Shown here: one piece after another, positions 1-13,737 of the stretch
Position numbering within the stretch: the stretch's first letter is position 1
Layout: each line of letters starts with the position of its first letter
NCBI GenBank assembly: GCA_051294905.1
Contig: CM119372.1
Span: forward strand, 13,766,001-13,830,000
Reading direction: 5' to 3'
Length of the DNA stretch: 64,000 bases
Source: Botryllus schlosseri
Taxonomy: Eukaryota
Position numbers and translations under genes: made by a program
The notes under the pieces: generated by a model
Database searches by the model: none
What the model saw: only the letters and a program-made list of their open reading frames with translations
What the model was told of the DNA's origin: nothing

Positions 1-294
1 GGAGGCTCCGGTTTCCTGCCAATAATATAATTCATAAACATGAGTTGTCTATAATGCAACTGCCCTTATTATGTATGGGACTGATGTTATTATGCATCAA
101 CAGCCCAGCCCTAGTGTGTGATTACCAGTTGAATAGCCCAACCTGAAAAAGTCAAAGATGAAGAGGCAAGTGAGAATTTATTTCAGAGGAAGAATAGGCC
201 CTGTTGAATCTTACCTGATGCCATGCAATCATTAACACAGCCCAGTAAGTTACAGTCTGAGATTTTGTTTTCTATTTACCGATCACAATATCTA

Positions 295-765
295 CACTAC
301 AAAAAAAAATTAGACAAATTGGTCTCAAAATTAGACAAATTTGGTCTCAAATTTAAGAAATGAGGATGATTTGGTCTCATTTTACCACCCACTCACCATA
401 AATGCTATTTTCGACTCAGACAACCATATATATATTGATCTGAATAGTACATGTGAGTAGTAAGTGGCATGTACCTTGATAACTATATCTAGTGAATACC
501 TTGTAAACTTAGTACAGGATCATCTCAACACTGCAATTTCTGGTCTCTCTCATCCTTCCCCTCCTCCGCTCAGACCCCTAACACTGAAAAGGATGCCCCC
601 GAGGCACTGCTACTATTTTCGATCAATTTCTGGCTTACTTTTGAGACATAAAGTACTTGGTAAGACTAATTGGTCTTTAAGACTTATTGGTCTTTAAGAC
701 TTTTTTTTTGTAAAAAATCGATTTGAGACATTGAGACCAAATTTGTCTTATTTTTTTTTGTAGTG
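295..765. mobile_element. CACTA/EnSpm-type non-autonomous element (MITE)
   Basis: Terminal inverted repeats of ~35 bp: CACTACAAAAAAAAATTAGACAAATTGGTCTCAA at left and TTGAGACCAAATTTGTCTTATTTTTTTTTGTAGTG at right. TA flanks both ends. No coding capacity. Confidence 0.8.
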
Positions 766-1970
766 TACCGGTAGCTGTTAAAGACTGGACATCAGAAGCA
801 AATACGCAATGACAGGTACTAAGCGGCCGCACCGCTCAGCAGTTAAAGTTACAGTTATCAAATCAGTTATGAACATTAGATAAGCTAGATGGAGATTTCA
901 CGTCCGATTTTATTGATGTTTGCTGCTTCCTAGATTCACTATTATGTGAGGACAGTGTAATACCGGTATGTATTGTCAGTATATCATTAATGATGCAGTT
1001 TGTTTGTTACGGCAATATTTCCTCCGGTATGATTTTCCTTTCTAGAAATAGTCAAGAAATCAGGTTTGCGCAAAAGAATTATTGCAATGACGGCACTGTA
1101 TTAACTCTAACAGCAATCGTATGCGTGGTTAAAGCCTTAGGGGCTTATGCTGATGCAGTTATTCAAACCAAGGCAAATCATACATATAGCCTATTATGAG
1201 CATTCAGCAGTTCTTCTATTTTTTCCGCCGATAACATGGAAAACTACAAAGTGATACACACGAATGAAATAATGCGAAGATATTTTTATTCGCATTTCTT
1301 ATCGTTTCTACAGAATATTTCGAGCCAAATAACCAATTTCAGTAGAAACCACTTCGAGTCGCGGCTCCGTAGCCAAGCAGAACACGTGATTGTTTGAGAA
1401 TGTGCATGTTCCGGTTACTGGATAACAAGCTCCTTTAAATTTTAATGGTAAGAAATAATATATGTCACATTGAATGGGGTAATATGTTGCCTCGAATGAA
1501 TATGTTTGCATCTGGATTGAAGGGAAACGATTCCGAGCAATAATTCGATGAGGAAACATTAACAAACTTGAGCATCTGGGCTATAACAAATCCATGGGTA
1601 CTAGTAATAGACTAAATTTTCAATTTTGATATACGTCGGTCACATAGGCACATTATTCTCTTTCTCTCTCTCACGCATACACACATTCCCTTCCCAAGTG
1701 TTTGAGGTTTATCTAGGCTCTACGGAGCTGGTAGGAGCAGCGCAAATCGCAAACGTATTGGCCATTATTGCACAAGCGATTGAGCATTCACACTCTCACC
1801 ATGGAAAACTGAATGGGATAGAACGGTAACTGCGTGGCCTGTCAATCATTTCCGGTCGGGTAACAGTGACCTCACGAGTTGAGCAAATTTGCGCCAGTCA
1901 CAAAACCTTAGCATTGAGAAAGTGTCTGTTTTCTGTTAGTGATCTTTTGGGGCATTTGACCTTGTAGTAG

Positions 1971-2086
1971 ATGTTTTGCAGATATGTATTAGTGATTAAT
2001 TACAACTATCGAATATTGGAAATGCCTGCAAACAGTTGTGCCTTCCCTGGTTGTAATACTAGTCGGTAAAATAGTAATTCAGTACT
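1971..2086 (+). pseudogene. Degenerate duplicate of the first exon of the downstream THAP gene
   Basis: Aligns with 2337-2453. It reads MPANSCAFPGCNTSR then TAA (2067-2069), where the intact copy reads MPTNRCAVPGCNTSRK. Confidence 0.8.
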
Positions 2087-2388
2087 GTCATGGGATCTGT
2101 CTTATTATTATCATTAATATTTTAATGAATACTCATTTATACAGTGTATCTATTGAAATTATGGCCTCGAAAATCAGTGATGTTGTTGAGGAATGGTACG
2201 ATATTCCTCCGGAAATTGTCAGTAAACTTCTCTTCAACGACTTCGATCGAAGCAAGGACACCATATCTGTTCCAAATATTATACAGCAACCTGTTGATCT
2301 TGCACCGTTGCTGCACTCCATTTGACCATATATCTATGTGTTTTGCAGATCTGTATTGGTGATTAATTACAACAATTGAATATCGGAA

Positions 2389-3693
2389 ATGCCTACAAAC
2401 CGTTGTGCCGTCCCTGGTTGTAATACTAGTCGGAAGAATAGTAATTCAGCACTCTTTGTCATTTACAGGGTGGATCTCGCGAAGAACGAACAGGAAAGGC
2501 AGCACCGATCGCAACTACGTCGTTTTATATTGTCCATGCGCGATTCTACTGATAGAAGAGATAATATAATCAGTCAGCTCGATAGAGAATCGTGAGTTAC
2601 GGTATTTACATTGTTGTAACAGAAAATGATCTACATATATCTATTGGTGGTATGGGAGGTGTACGGCTATATTGCCGGCATGATATCAAAGCTGGTAGCT
2701 GCAATCCTGTGACTGATAGGCTACGTTGTTACTGGCATCATGCTATGATTCTTTTATGGACGATTTATTGTGTTTTCAAGAGCCCAAATATGTGATCGAC
2801 ATTTCCGGCCAGAAGATATTATAGCGGCAGGTGCTTCTGGGAAACGTCGGCTGAAATTGGGAGCGACACCTTGCCTCAATTTGCCTAAAAAGTCTGCATC
2901 ATTCTCTTCCCCGCCAAGGAAAGAGCCAGCGCCCAGAAACACAGTTGATAAAAAACTATATTATCAAAATGTTGCACAGTTAAAAAAGGACGCATCTCAT
3001 ATTCAAGGTAGGTCAAATTTAGAATAAAGTTGAATGCTAATTTGTGATTCAATCACTCTTCAATAGGTGGCTGGGTATCATATGAGAAGAAAGGAGAGCT
3101 TCATCTTGATTTGGAGGAAGCTGGTCATATTCAACCTAAAATTAGGTCAGTTTTGAATTTACCAGACTAAGACCTGCATAAATCTACAAATAAGGAAATT
3201 ACCAAGATTCCTGAGCTACTCTGAATTACAAATTTACAAATTGCAAACAGCCCGCACTTTTTGCAATGCTGTACGAGTAGCCTACATAGTTGAAGCGCAT
3301 TAGATTCTATACCAATTTGTATATTTATTTTTAAAATGTGACGAGCTTATGCCAACTCTGATCACTTTGTCTTACAGAATAGTGTTTGCCGATGACGCTA
3401 GTATGAAATCAATATCTTTTTTTGGATGGCCAGCATCTATTGCAACTTGTCTCGATGTTGACCATCGTTACCAAAGGTTGAAGACTACTTTGGGTAAATT
3501 TGGATCTGTGTAGGCGATAAGAATTTCTCATTTTAATTCATTGTGGGTTCAGAGAATTTGCAAAGCCTGAAACTATGTGATGGTATTCATTCAAGTAGTG
3601 ACAGCAGTGTCAACCGTCATGCTATACTGAGCTGGGAGGAAGGGAGTATGTCAGTACAAGACATTTTCAGGGCCCCCAGTTGCAATGCCATGG
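2389..3693 (+). CDS. Multi-exon THAP zinc-finger protein, probably the N-terminal part of a P-element/THAP9-like transposase; no 3' exons found
   Basis: Exons 2389-2591, 2781-3007, 3067-3145, 3378-3493, 3553-3693. All introns are GT-AG with matching phases (2,1,2,1) and two are 59 nt. The spliced protein has CAVPGC...QICDRHF...RLKLGATPCLNLP (C2CH THAP signature plus AVPTIF-like box), followed by ...LKLCDG...H...FRAPSC. Confidence 0.8.
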
Positions 3694-4384
3694 GTAAAAT
3701 AGCATTCAATTTAAATTGTGTTTTATGTTTTCCATGCTCTCACTCTCGTGCGCTCCGAGCTGCACCGTATTGTTCCAGACAGCTCTGTTGCGTCACAATA
3801 CTGAACTCCATTACAATCCAACATTTGAGGCTGATTTTGGGGGGTTCCAGGACCACGATCAGATTAAATTCGATATCAGTACCGCGGTAGCTTTCGATTG
3901 TTACCAATTTTATCGATTTTCACCTTCGGCAATCCGGTCGAAAATTATCGTCAAAATGCCTTGTCCGAATGGAAAGTGTGACGTAGACCAATCACAGTGA
4001 GCCTTGCGATTTGCTTGTGTCAACGCCATTGTAGGACACTTCCATGCATGGTCGACGGATGGCCGAATGGCCATGACACATGCATTGTACATACAGACTA
4101 TGTTTCCTTCGTTTCCATGCACGGACGGCAGAAAGGCTATGACGCATGCGTTGAAGACAGAGGTGGTCAAAGTAGTCAAGAAAGCTACTCAAGTAGAAGT
4201 AGAAGTAGCGACGAAAAAATCTACTCAAGTACGAGTAGAAGTACTTCTTCCATAAGCCACCTAAAACTACTTGAAGTAGAAGTAGAATTGAATGACTTTA
4301 AATCTACTCAAGTAAGTGAGTAGTTTTAAAAACAGTCTTCATTCGTTTGCATGGACCGGGGATATATAGAACTCCATTTGTCCA

Positions 4385-4512
4385 ATGTCCATTCTCGATG
4401 GTGTCCATTCTCGGTAATGTCCATTCTCGGTATCGTCAATTCTCGGTAATGTCCATTCTCGGTATTGTCCCTCTTGGTAAAAGCATTCTCGGTAATAGCA
4501 TTCTCGGTATTG
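4385..4512. repeat. Tandem ~20-bp repeat (CCATTCTCGGTAATGT-like), probably a transposon subterminal array
   Basis: Six to seven imperfect copies of (T/G)CATTCTCGGTA visible in the sequence. Confidence 0.75.
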
Positions 4513-5685
4513 ACCGGACACCGGAGACGCAGTACATGACCGGGCGCAATCCGACCGTGATTTGGCCGAAATAGGTGGGCGAAGCGTTCGCGATAACGTT
4601 TTTAGCTTACTTACCCAGCAATAATTTCATCATATCTCAAGATTGTGATAAAATGACTTTATAGGAATGAGCTGAGACAACTTGTAGCAGTCATTCAATC
4701 AAACAAACCGCTTTGACCTGGAACACGTCAGCCGAAATCCAACATGTAAAATGGTCATGATGAACCACTTCGTTAAAACTAACAGAACATAAAATAAGAT
4801 TAACAGAAGGTAAAATAAGATGGAAAAAAGATGAAAATTAGGTGGCATATCTTAGTATGTGGGCGATATAGATATGGGATATCGTGGTGGTGTGATAATT
4901 TCGAGCGCAGACATGTTGTCAAATAGTCTACTGGTACTACTGTTTCGTCATCGTGATTCAGAGATGGGCTCCGATTGTCTTGTTGATGACTTGCTTACCA
5001 GGGGACTGAGATAAGTTCACCTAGTTTGTGGTCAAGCCATAGTTTGTATTCATGCAATAGAAAACAACCCCTCGAATTTCGGTAGCCTAGGTAGCCTAGC
5101 GTGGGGCTGCCATACGTCCGGAATTTCACTGAAAAATTTGCGTCTGGAGAAATTTCTAAAATATGCCTAAATGTCCGGAATTTTGAAGGCTTGAAGTAGG
5201 CTCTAAAGTTCTCCATAAACAATATTATTTTCAAGCAGATATTTATGCTATTCGAAATTCTTCTTCGCGCTGCACGAGTTAATGCAACGTATATTGACAT
5301 TAGTTTGGGCATCAAGCACCACCCTCACCAAAAAATGCAATCAAAAATAAATATATATAACCATCATTTACTGAAATAAGCCCAATTGTAATCGCAATTA
5401 TAAGCTGACGGTATATTCTTATAGTCGGTTAAGGCCGACTGGATGCTTCAGTTCCGAATCTCGGGGTCGTTTGCCTTTATCTGGGGATCACGATGATGTT
5501 GGACGTAATCACCTTCCCAGGCCGTGAGTAAGTTTGGGTAAGCTGAAATTTTTTAGTGATTAGCTTATTCAAGTTTTGAGATGGGCCACGGAACATTTTC
5601 AAGTTGGAAATGAGGTCGCGATCATAAAATGTTGGAAATCACCGGATGTGCAACCTGCTGGTGCATTTTATAGTAGCCTAATATA

Positions 5686-5941
5686 CAGAGGTGGTCAAAG
5701 TAGTCACCGTCGCTACTCAAGTAGAAGTAGAAGTAACGCCGGAATTTCTAATCAAGTAGAAGTAGGAGTGGTGGTTCACAAGTAAGTAAGTAGGTATTCT
5801 ACGCTTATATTTGCCTACGAAACTGAAAACTGTCAAGTAGAAGTAGTCTAAAATCATAACTACTTAAAAAGTAGTGTGAGTAGCCAAAATCAATTTCAAG
5901 TACTTCAAAAAGTAGAGGTACTTCGTTACTGACCACCTCTG
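5686..5941. mobile_element. hAT-type MITE with AGTAGA subterminal repeats
   Basis: TIR CAGAGGTGGTCA...TGACCACCTCTG with 8-bp TSD CTAATATA. A left-half copy of the same family starts near 4157. Confidence 0.85.
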
Positions 5942-6253
5942 CTAATATATCTAAGAATCAATATTATTGACAGAATTCATCCATAAAATTTAACAGCCAA
6001 ATGCATAGGCCTATAGTAAGTGCCCAAAAAGTTACACCGATTACCCTATGGTTGGGCGGAAGGTGACAAAAAATGTTGTTTCGGACGTGATAAAAACACA
6101 CAATCAGATAGCTGTCAAACACACTCCCGACAGGCCAGACACGGCCCGCCAGACGATTTCATCCGGCCCGTGGAGAAATCTATTGCAGTTACCCTAGCAA
6201 GTACCAATCACCAGAGCTCACATTACAAATGGCCCAATTCATGACCTATGTTC

Positions 6254-9215
6254 CAGAGTTGAATCAATTACAATAATTCGGTTCAATTACAATTACGATT
6301 ACTCAATGCTAAAAATGTCAAATTACAATTACAATTACAATTACTGTTAAACATGTAATTTATTACAATTACAATTGCAATTACTGTTAAACATGTAATT
6401 GATTCGGTAGAGAGGTGTTCTTTGATAATCGTAGCGACGTAATTAGCAACAATCTCAAGCTATTCATGTTTCATTCATGATACGTAGAATACCCATTGAT
6501 TGAAAAAACTCGAACGCATTCGCATTCCTAATCATGAGTACTGAACACTACAAACACAGAAAAATGTTTGAACAAATGCGTGATCAAGTTTGATGAAGCC
6601 TTGGCTGGAAACTTGAATTTCTTTTTGCAATTGTTGCAGCAAGCCTCGGTACTGATGGCAGACATGGGGTAATCGCGATTAGTAATCGTAATCGATTACG
6701 ACGATTACAGCATTTTCAAGTAATCGTAATCGCAATCGATTACATTCGAAAAAATTCCCAAGTAATCGTAATCGTAATCGACTACTTCCCATATTTAATC
6801 GATTTCTTTGTGAAAGAACGATTATTTTTTATTTTTACAGGACCATGACATAAACTGAACATTCGTGCTGAACATGAACAAGGATTATACTAGTTAGTGA
6901 TAGCACAAACGTCAGATTTCCAAATGACACTGCTCATTATTACGTCAGAAGTGGCGTATTAGCTTTGCTCGTCATTGCGTAAGTATGAAGTATCCAGCTA
7001 TCCACACATAGTGAATGGATATTCGATGTACATTGGTGTGATTGCAAGAACACTCACCCTGCTGTATATCAGGTTATCGGGATAGTTAATCACCACTCTG
7101 CCTAGTTTAAAATAGTAACTTTTGTATTGATGTTTGGTTATGCTTAGTTAAACGCAGTTTGACCGTTGCTGCTTGGCGAGCTGTAGGCTTATGCAGCACG
7201 AACGTACACCGGACAAAGGTTTGAAATTTTGTAGGCCTGCTCGTCAAATAAAACATTACGGTTTCCACGACGAAGCATTAAAAATCAACAGCTGCTGATA
7301 TATATCATAACCGAGCCGTTTCTCGTAATGGCTGCTTGTATTACATTATCTGTATTAAGTTGAAGGCAGAATTTTATGTTCGCTTTCTCTAATTCTCATA
7401 TGATTCTACTTGAAACGGGCATCAATCGGTATTTCACAATGCTTTACTCAACATTTGGACCTGCCGCCGTAGCCATCGGCTTGTATATCCTCCTCGCCCA
7501 GACGTAGCAGACTAAAAGAAATACTTGCGTGAGACGCACACACAAATTGCCATGTCTTTAATGCTCTGTGCGTGCCCGGGTGGCATTTGCATTGTGGACT
7601 CAAATTGGACGGACCAGACTATTAGTCACGCCCACCCAGCGCGGCTATTGACAATGGACACATACCCCAAGTTTCGGCCAATGTCTTTCATCAGTAGCAC
7701 TCTTCGTGGATTCTCATGTTGGCCGAAACTGCATATGTCTTTTGGTGCGTCGTGGCGCGGTATTGAGTGGCACCTAAATGCCTGTTACTATAAATTATGC
7801 ATGCTTTTTTTCTTGAGGAGGAGACGTATGTATTTCAAAACCAAGCTATATAGAGACATTTAAATCGCGATGGTCGTAGAACATTTTCAAGTTCATGAAA
7901 TCTCTCGAAAATAGTCTATAATTTGTGTTGGTTTACGAAATAGGCCTACTTTTGATTTCCTTTCGAGCTCGCTCTCCACCCTATTAGGAAATTTTGGGTG
8001 CGGCAGTTGCGGAGTGCGGACGTAGCAAGAATGCAAATCGTTGGGTGCGATATATCGTCCTCTATGAAATGGGCAATGGGTATTTTATGACGTAACAAAC
8101 AAATGTCGCATCTTTTATAAAGAAAGTTGTTATCTCATTAGGCCTTTCAGCGCAATCCATATATTGTCTTCCAATATAACTTTTAAGATGGAGAGTAAAT
8201 GTAGTCGTGAGCAATCGTGATTACTTTTCCAATGTAATCGTAATCGTAATCGACTACTTCCTGATTTTGCTGTAATCGTAATCGTAATCGTAATCGCGTC
8301 ATTCAGAAGTAATCGTAATCGCAATCGATTACATTCACGAAGTAATCACCCCATGTCTGACTGATGGTCAGAGATTTAAAAATAAAACTCTGAACGTGGT
8401 GTAGGAAATGGTTCAGCACAAGTTTCAGAAGAATTTATTTGTTGTTCATTCAATTTTGAAATATTAAGATTGAGTTTAGCCCACTGATTATCTAACTTTT
8501 TGAGTCACGCCCCACTTTATGATAGTGCAATATTTCGTGCCCCACTTGTCGTCATATCACACAATGAAACCAGAATGTTAGTAATCCTTACAGATAGTTT
8601 GATGGTAAGGAAGGTTATGACTGTTGATGAGAGAATTCTCCAATATGAAATTCGGACTATACACAGAGCAATATAGCTATGAAATAGAGGTGATTCGCGC
8701 CAAGCGCGGAAATAATTTCAATTTACCGGAGCTTCGCGCCCTCTTTAGACGCATTCACGCCGCGCAAGGGGGGCACGCCCCCAAGTTTGAGAACCACTGG
8801 ATTAGCCTATAATGTAGTTCACAGAGTTGCTACTGAAGTATGGGAAACAGTTTAGCAAGGCTGAATTATCTACTTATAACCTGGCACGCATAGAACACCG
8901 ATGTAAATAGGCTAATTTTTTACAGGTGGGGATTGTGTACTAAGGCCCTAAAGCCTTCCGGCCCCTCGTCGTCATCCTGGTCCGTACCGGATTTTCACTG
9001 GTGTGACGAATAAATGATCGATTGATTGATTATTTTATGTTGTGATTGTCAGGTTTCCATAACAATGTACTTGAAATTGTAATTGAGCAAAATTTTCATC
9101 AAATTATAATTAAAATTACAATTACACAAAATAGAAATGCTTCGATTACAATTACAATTACATGAAAAAATGTAAATAATTACATTCAGCTCAATTACAA
9201 ATTGATCCAACTCTG
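6254..9215. mobile_element. hAT-type non-autonomous element with CAATTA repeats, carrying nested insertions
   Basis: TIR CAGAGTTGAATCAATT / AATTGATCCAACTCTG. 8-bp TSD CTATGTTC at 6246-6253 and 9216-9223. Confidence 0.85.
6659..8359. mobile_element. hAT-type element with GTAATC repeats, nested in 6254-9215
   Basis: TIR CAGACATGGGG / CCCCATGTCTG. 8-bp TSD ACTGATGG at 6651-6658 and 8360-8367. Confidence 0.9.
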
Positions 9216-9241
9216 CTATGTTCCACTCCATTCCTGTATAG

Positions 9242-10150
9242 CAGGGGCGGGCAACTTCTCCAGTCGGCGGGCCGGATATAGGAAAATTAAGTACTTGGCG
9301 GGCCGGATTGCTGAATCGATACATTTTTCTCCAATTTATCCACATATACAAGGTGTAAATCGTATTTAATGAATGTATTCTTACGACAGCAATGTCACTT
9401 CAAAGCCATTTCTCGCCGATAATGACGAAGACAATGTGGATTGAGAACAACATTGTCATACAGGCGCCGTCATGTCTGCTTATCTCTGATCAATGAACAC
9501 AGTTGCAATCACTAATTAAGATTTCAAGGCGTTCGATAAGCCCGGTACCCCAAATTTACCAAGATATCAATTCATTAGGGCTGAGTAAGTGACGAGATAG
9601 CGTCGTTGTTCAACTGTGTAGCGCCGTTGTTCAACTGTGTGGCCTATTTTATCTCGATATTGAATTCATGCGGACCGCGGCTTCTATGACATTAGGAAAG
9701 CGGCCAGCGACCCGTTTGAGTAGGTGACCCCTGACATAAGAGGTGTCTTACAAAAACCTAGAAGTATGCCGTGCTACAAGTCGGCGGCTGCGGAAACAAA
9801 AATAAGAAATGTCGGCCTGGTGTAAATGGCCATTGTAATCGACAAACATCATGATTACAACAAACGATATTAGGGTTGAGTACATCGTAAATGCCGATAA
9901 TGCAAGTCTTAATTCTCGCTTCGACGAACTTACGCGTAAGCTCCACTCTCGCACGCTGCGCAGTGCGCACATACATGTATATAATAACATACAGTCACTA
10001 AAATTTGACGTAGTAAGCAAGTAGCGGGGAATCTCGGCAGATTGTAGCCGCGGGCCACATTATCATATAAGACGGAAAACTGTCGGCGGGCCGGACAAAA
10101 TCACTTCGCGGGCCGGATCCGGCCCGCGGGCCGTATGTTGCCCGCCCCTG
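9242..10150. mobile_element. hAT (Charlie-like) non-autonomous element, copy 1
   Basis: TIR CAGGGGCGGGCAAC / GTTGCCCGCCCCTG, TSD CTGTATAG, and GCGGGCCGGATCCGGCCCGCGGGCC subterminal motifs. Colinear with 11530-12436. Confidence 0.9.
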
Positions 10151-11529
10151 CTGTATAGTGTATACAGTCGATTGGCAATGTTTTGCTATTGTGACGTCAT
10201 GTTGACAGACAATGTGTTATACCTCATTTTTGAATCCGGTAGTGGGCGCTAAAAAGTGACCAGAATTTGCTTCACACAAAATATGGTAACCCTAGCCTAG
10301 CGGTTTTTAGATTCTGACTGGTTATCCTCGAATCGGAAAAATATGCGTCGGTTTTTGTTATAACATGATGGATTGATAAGACAGAAAGAAGCCGATAGCT
10401 AGGGTTGCCACGCATCTGCTGGTCGTCTACACAACCGATTGTAACTGGGAACGGATCTGTCGGGGATTCGAGTTGGAACAAAATGAACCTATTCCTTAGT
10501 CAGCGCAATTATATTTTCCGTGAAGATTTCCAAATTACCCGTTTTTACGTCCGCTATTATATTTTTTAAAACTTGTAAAAATTATCCTCTTTTTCGGATC
10601 TCAAAATATGGTGAACCTACGATAGCAAGTACAGCTAAACCTCCAAACCTGATCTTCTACCTCTTCAACTAGTGCAGAAAATTACCATTCTTTAAATACA
10701 GTATTGCATGATAGCCCACACCCACATAGATCTTTTCGTGCCCGTATCTTGCGCAACAACACGCTACTAGGCTACTTATATATTACTAATATTTATGTTG
10801 CAAAATGGATAGTAATGTTATGCTAAACAAAGTGCGATTTCAAGATCATTTTCCGTAATCCTACATACAGGCGATGTGCTGCCCAGATGGTTAGGACTAG
10901 GGTTGCATTTAAAACAAAAATCAATATAAAACAAACCTGTTTAAAACAAGGCCCTAACTTAATGCATGTTTTTTATTTTTTATAAGCCATGACGTCACGA
11001 ATATTCAATTGTGACGTCATAGTGGATTGACATTGCCAATTGAAAATATAGGGTAAATATAGCTCCTTTGACGAAATAGCCGTACTATTAATGTTGAACC
11101 GACTATTTTGAGGGTTCCAACCATTCCATATCGATATACGTCGACTATATCGGGTGGTAATTGTTCGTAGGTTCATCCAACTTCTTTTTTGGAAAGTATT
11201 TACGCAATTATGGCATAATTTTACAACTTGAAAAAACAATTATTTTAAAGGCCTTTGTTTAAAACACTGGTTAAAACGTGTTTTAAACAAAGTGTTTTGA
11301 AACGCCGTTTGTTTCAAATGCAACCCTATATATGACGGATTGTAATCAACAGTCAACACTATGAACGAAGCAACAGTAGTAGGCTATAACTGACAAAAGG
11401 CGCATGTGTATTCATAAGCTATACGCAGGGACGGGAAACTTACAGCACGCGGGCCGGGTGCGCCCGCTGACAGTTCCGGTCTTACATGATAGTGTGGACC
11501 GAGGCCACTGTCTGCCGCATTCCCCAATA

Positions 11530-12436
11530 CAGGGGCGGGCAACTTCTCGAGTCGGCGGGCCGGATATAGGAAAATTAAGTACTTGGCGGGCCGGATTGCT
11601 GAATCGATACAATATTCGCCGATTTATCCACATTCCACATATACAAGGAATAAATCGCATTCATTGAATACATTTTAACCACAGTAATGTCACTTCAAAG
11701 CCATTTCTCGCCGATAATGACGAAGACAATGTGGCTTTGAGAATAGCATTGTCATACAGGCGCCGCCATGTCTGCTTCTATCTGATCAATCAACACACGG
11801 TGCAATCCTCAATTAAGATTTCAAGGAGTTCGATAACCCCGGTACCCCTAATTTACCAACACATATATTCGTTAGGGTTGAGAAGGTGACGAGATAGCAT
11901 CGTTGTTCAACTGTGTGGCCTGAGAAATCTCGATAATGAATTCATTCGGTCCGCGGACCGCGACCTCTACGAAATTTGAAAAGTGGCCCGCGACCGGTTT
12001 TGAGTTGGCGATCCCTGGTATAAGCAGTGTTATCGTCTTACAAAAGCCTAGAAGTGTGCCGTGCTACAAGTCGGCGGTTACAGAATGAAAAATAAGAAAT
12101 ATCAGCCTGGTGTAATTGACCATTGTAGTCGACAAACACCATGATTACCACAAACGACATTAGGGTTGAGTATACATCCCAAATGCCGATAATGCAAGTC
12201 TTCTCGCTTCAACGAACTTACGCGTAAGCTCCACTCTAGCACGCTGCGCATATACGTATATAATAACATGCACTATGCAGTCACTAAAATTTGACGTTGT
12301 AAGCAAGTAGTGGGAAATCTCGGCAGACTAGGGACGCGGGCCACATTATCATGTAAAACGGAAAACTGTCCGCGGGCCGGACAAAATCCCTTCGCGGGCC
12401 GGATCCGGCCCGCGGGCCGTATGTTGCCCACCCCTG
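11530..12436. mobile_element. hAT (Charlie-like) non-autonomous element, copy 2
   Basis: Same family as 9242-10150 but with a different TSD (CCCCAATA). It appears inserted into an older related element spanning roughly 11426-13076. Confidence 0.9.
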
Positions 12437-13737
12437 CCCCAATACTTGCTTACTCCGTCAAATTTTAGTGACTGTAGGTAATTCTTTAGTTCTTTTTTGT
12501 CATTACGTTGTGTGTTTTTGCGTCACTGAATGAAACCAAGTCGTTTCGACACCTTCCGATCTTTTCATTGTATCGCAGTTTTGTGGTGTTTTGAAATGAT
12601 GAAAATATTGTTAAAACTGATACCGATACTGATGCCAACCCCTGAAAGATTGCCATGAAACTACTTGTTCTGCTCGGGTCTACAAACATTTGCGAGGAAA
12701 TATCTTCGACCATGAACACCAACAAAACAATAAAGCGACGTTGCAATCTGACTGATGTTCATAATCATAGTTCTAACTGAGGGTTTATACGCCCGACATG
12801 CAGCCAGAGTTTAAAGAGCTTGTTCACTACATTAATCGACCATAAACGTGTCATTGACTTCAACAGCTGTTGAATTTCATTACGTTTATAGATTCAATTA
12901 ATATACTGCTTTGTTCTCTCTGCCTTAAAATTGAAGTTTTCATCAACTACTATTTAGTCCTTGTACATGTGCATAAATATACGCGATAAAATGTATCAAT
13001 TATTCAGGAATCCAGCCAGCCGAGTACTTCCATTCCCCATATTAGGCCCGCCGGCTAGAGAAGTTGCCCGCCCCTGAGCATAGGCGTATACTTCCTATTT
13101 GACGAACATGAAGACGTTGAAACTAAACTGGCGATGCAGATAATCTGGCCAAAACGCGTTGAAGTGGGAGAGACACCTCGAGTAGGGTCGGCTAACTGGA
13201 GCTAAATATGCCATATACTCGAGTAGAAAAATTCAGCTTTATCGCCCCCTCTAAATACACCTCCGAATAGTTTACATATGGGATTTAACATAGAATCATA
13301 TTGTGTGTAAAAGCATACAGATGCATAAACGGGCCTTATTTGTTGCTGTAGGCTATTACACGCGCATCCACAAATACACAAAATCAGGAAGCGCTTGTCC
13401 TCTACCCGGCCTTGAGTATTACGTCATGGTGAGATCGTTCAGTGAGTCTGTACGGAAGTCATGTTTTTTCTCACAATCGTCTTGTTCATCCTCTTCCAGT
13501 TCCTGAACTTGGCTGGCCGACATACAGGTATTTCAGACATATGCAGGCGAGCTGCGGTCCACAAATCGTTGAGGTTGTATAATGGCATCATCATTCTAAC
13601 ACCAACCAGCAGTCATATGCGCATGCATAGCCGACTTGTGTAGCAACACTGCAACAGTCATGAAACGAAAGCTCTATTTCACAAAACATTTAATTTTTCA
13701 TTTGTTACCGATGAACTGAGCGATTCAAGCGATACGA

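Noticed and set aside
2144..2325. Possible plus-strand terminal exon (VSIEIMASKISDVVEEWYD...)
   Set aside because: An acceptor is present, but there is no recognisable motif or partner exon.
4385..4512. CRISPR-like regular repeats
   Set aside because: Head-to-tail 20-mers with no unique spacers, eukaryotic context, and no cas genes.
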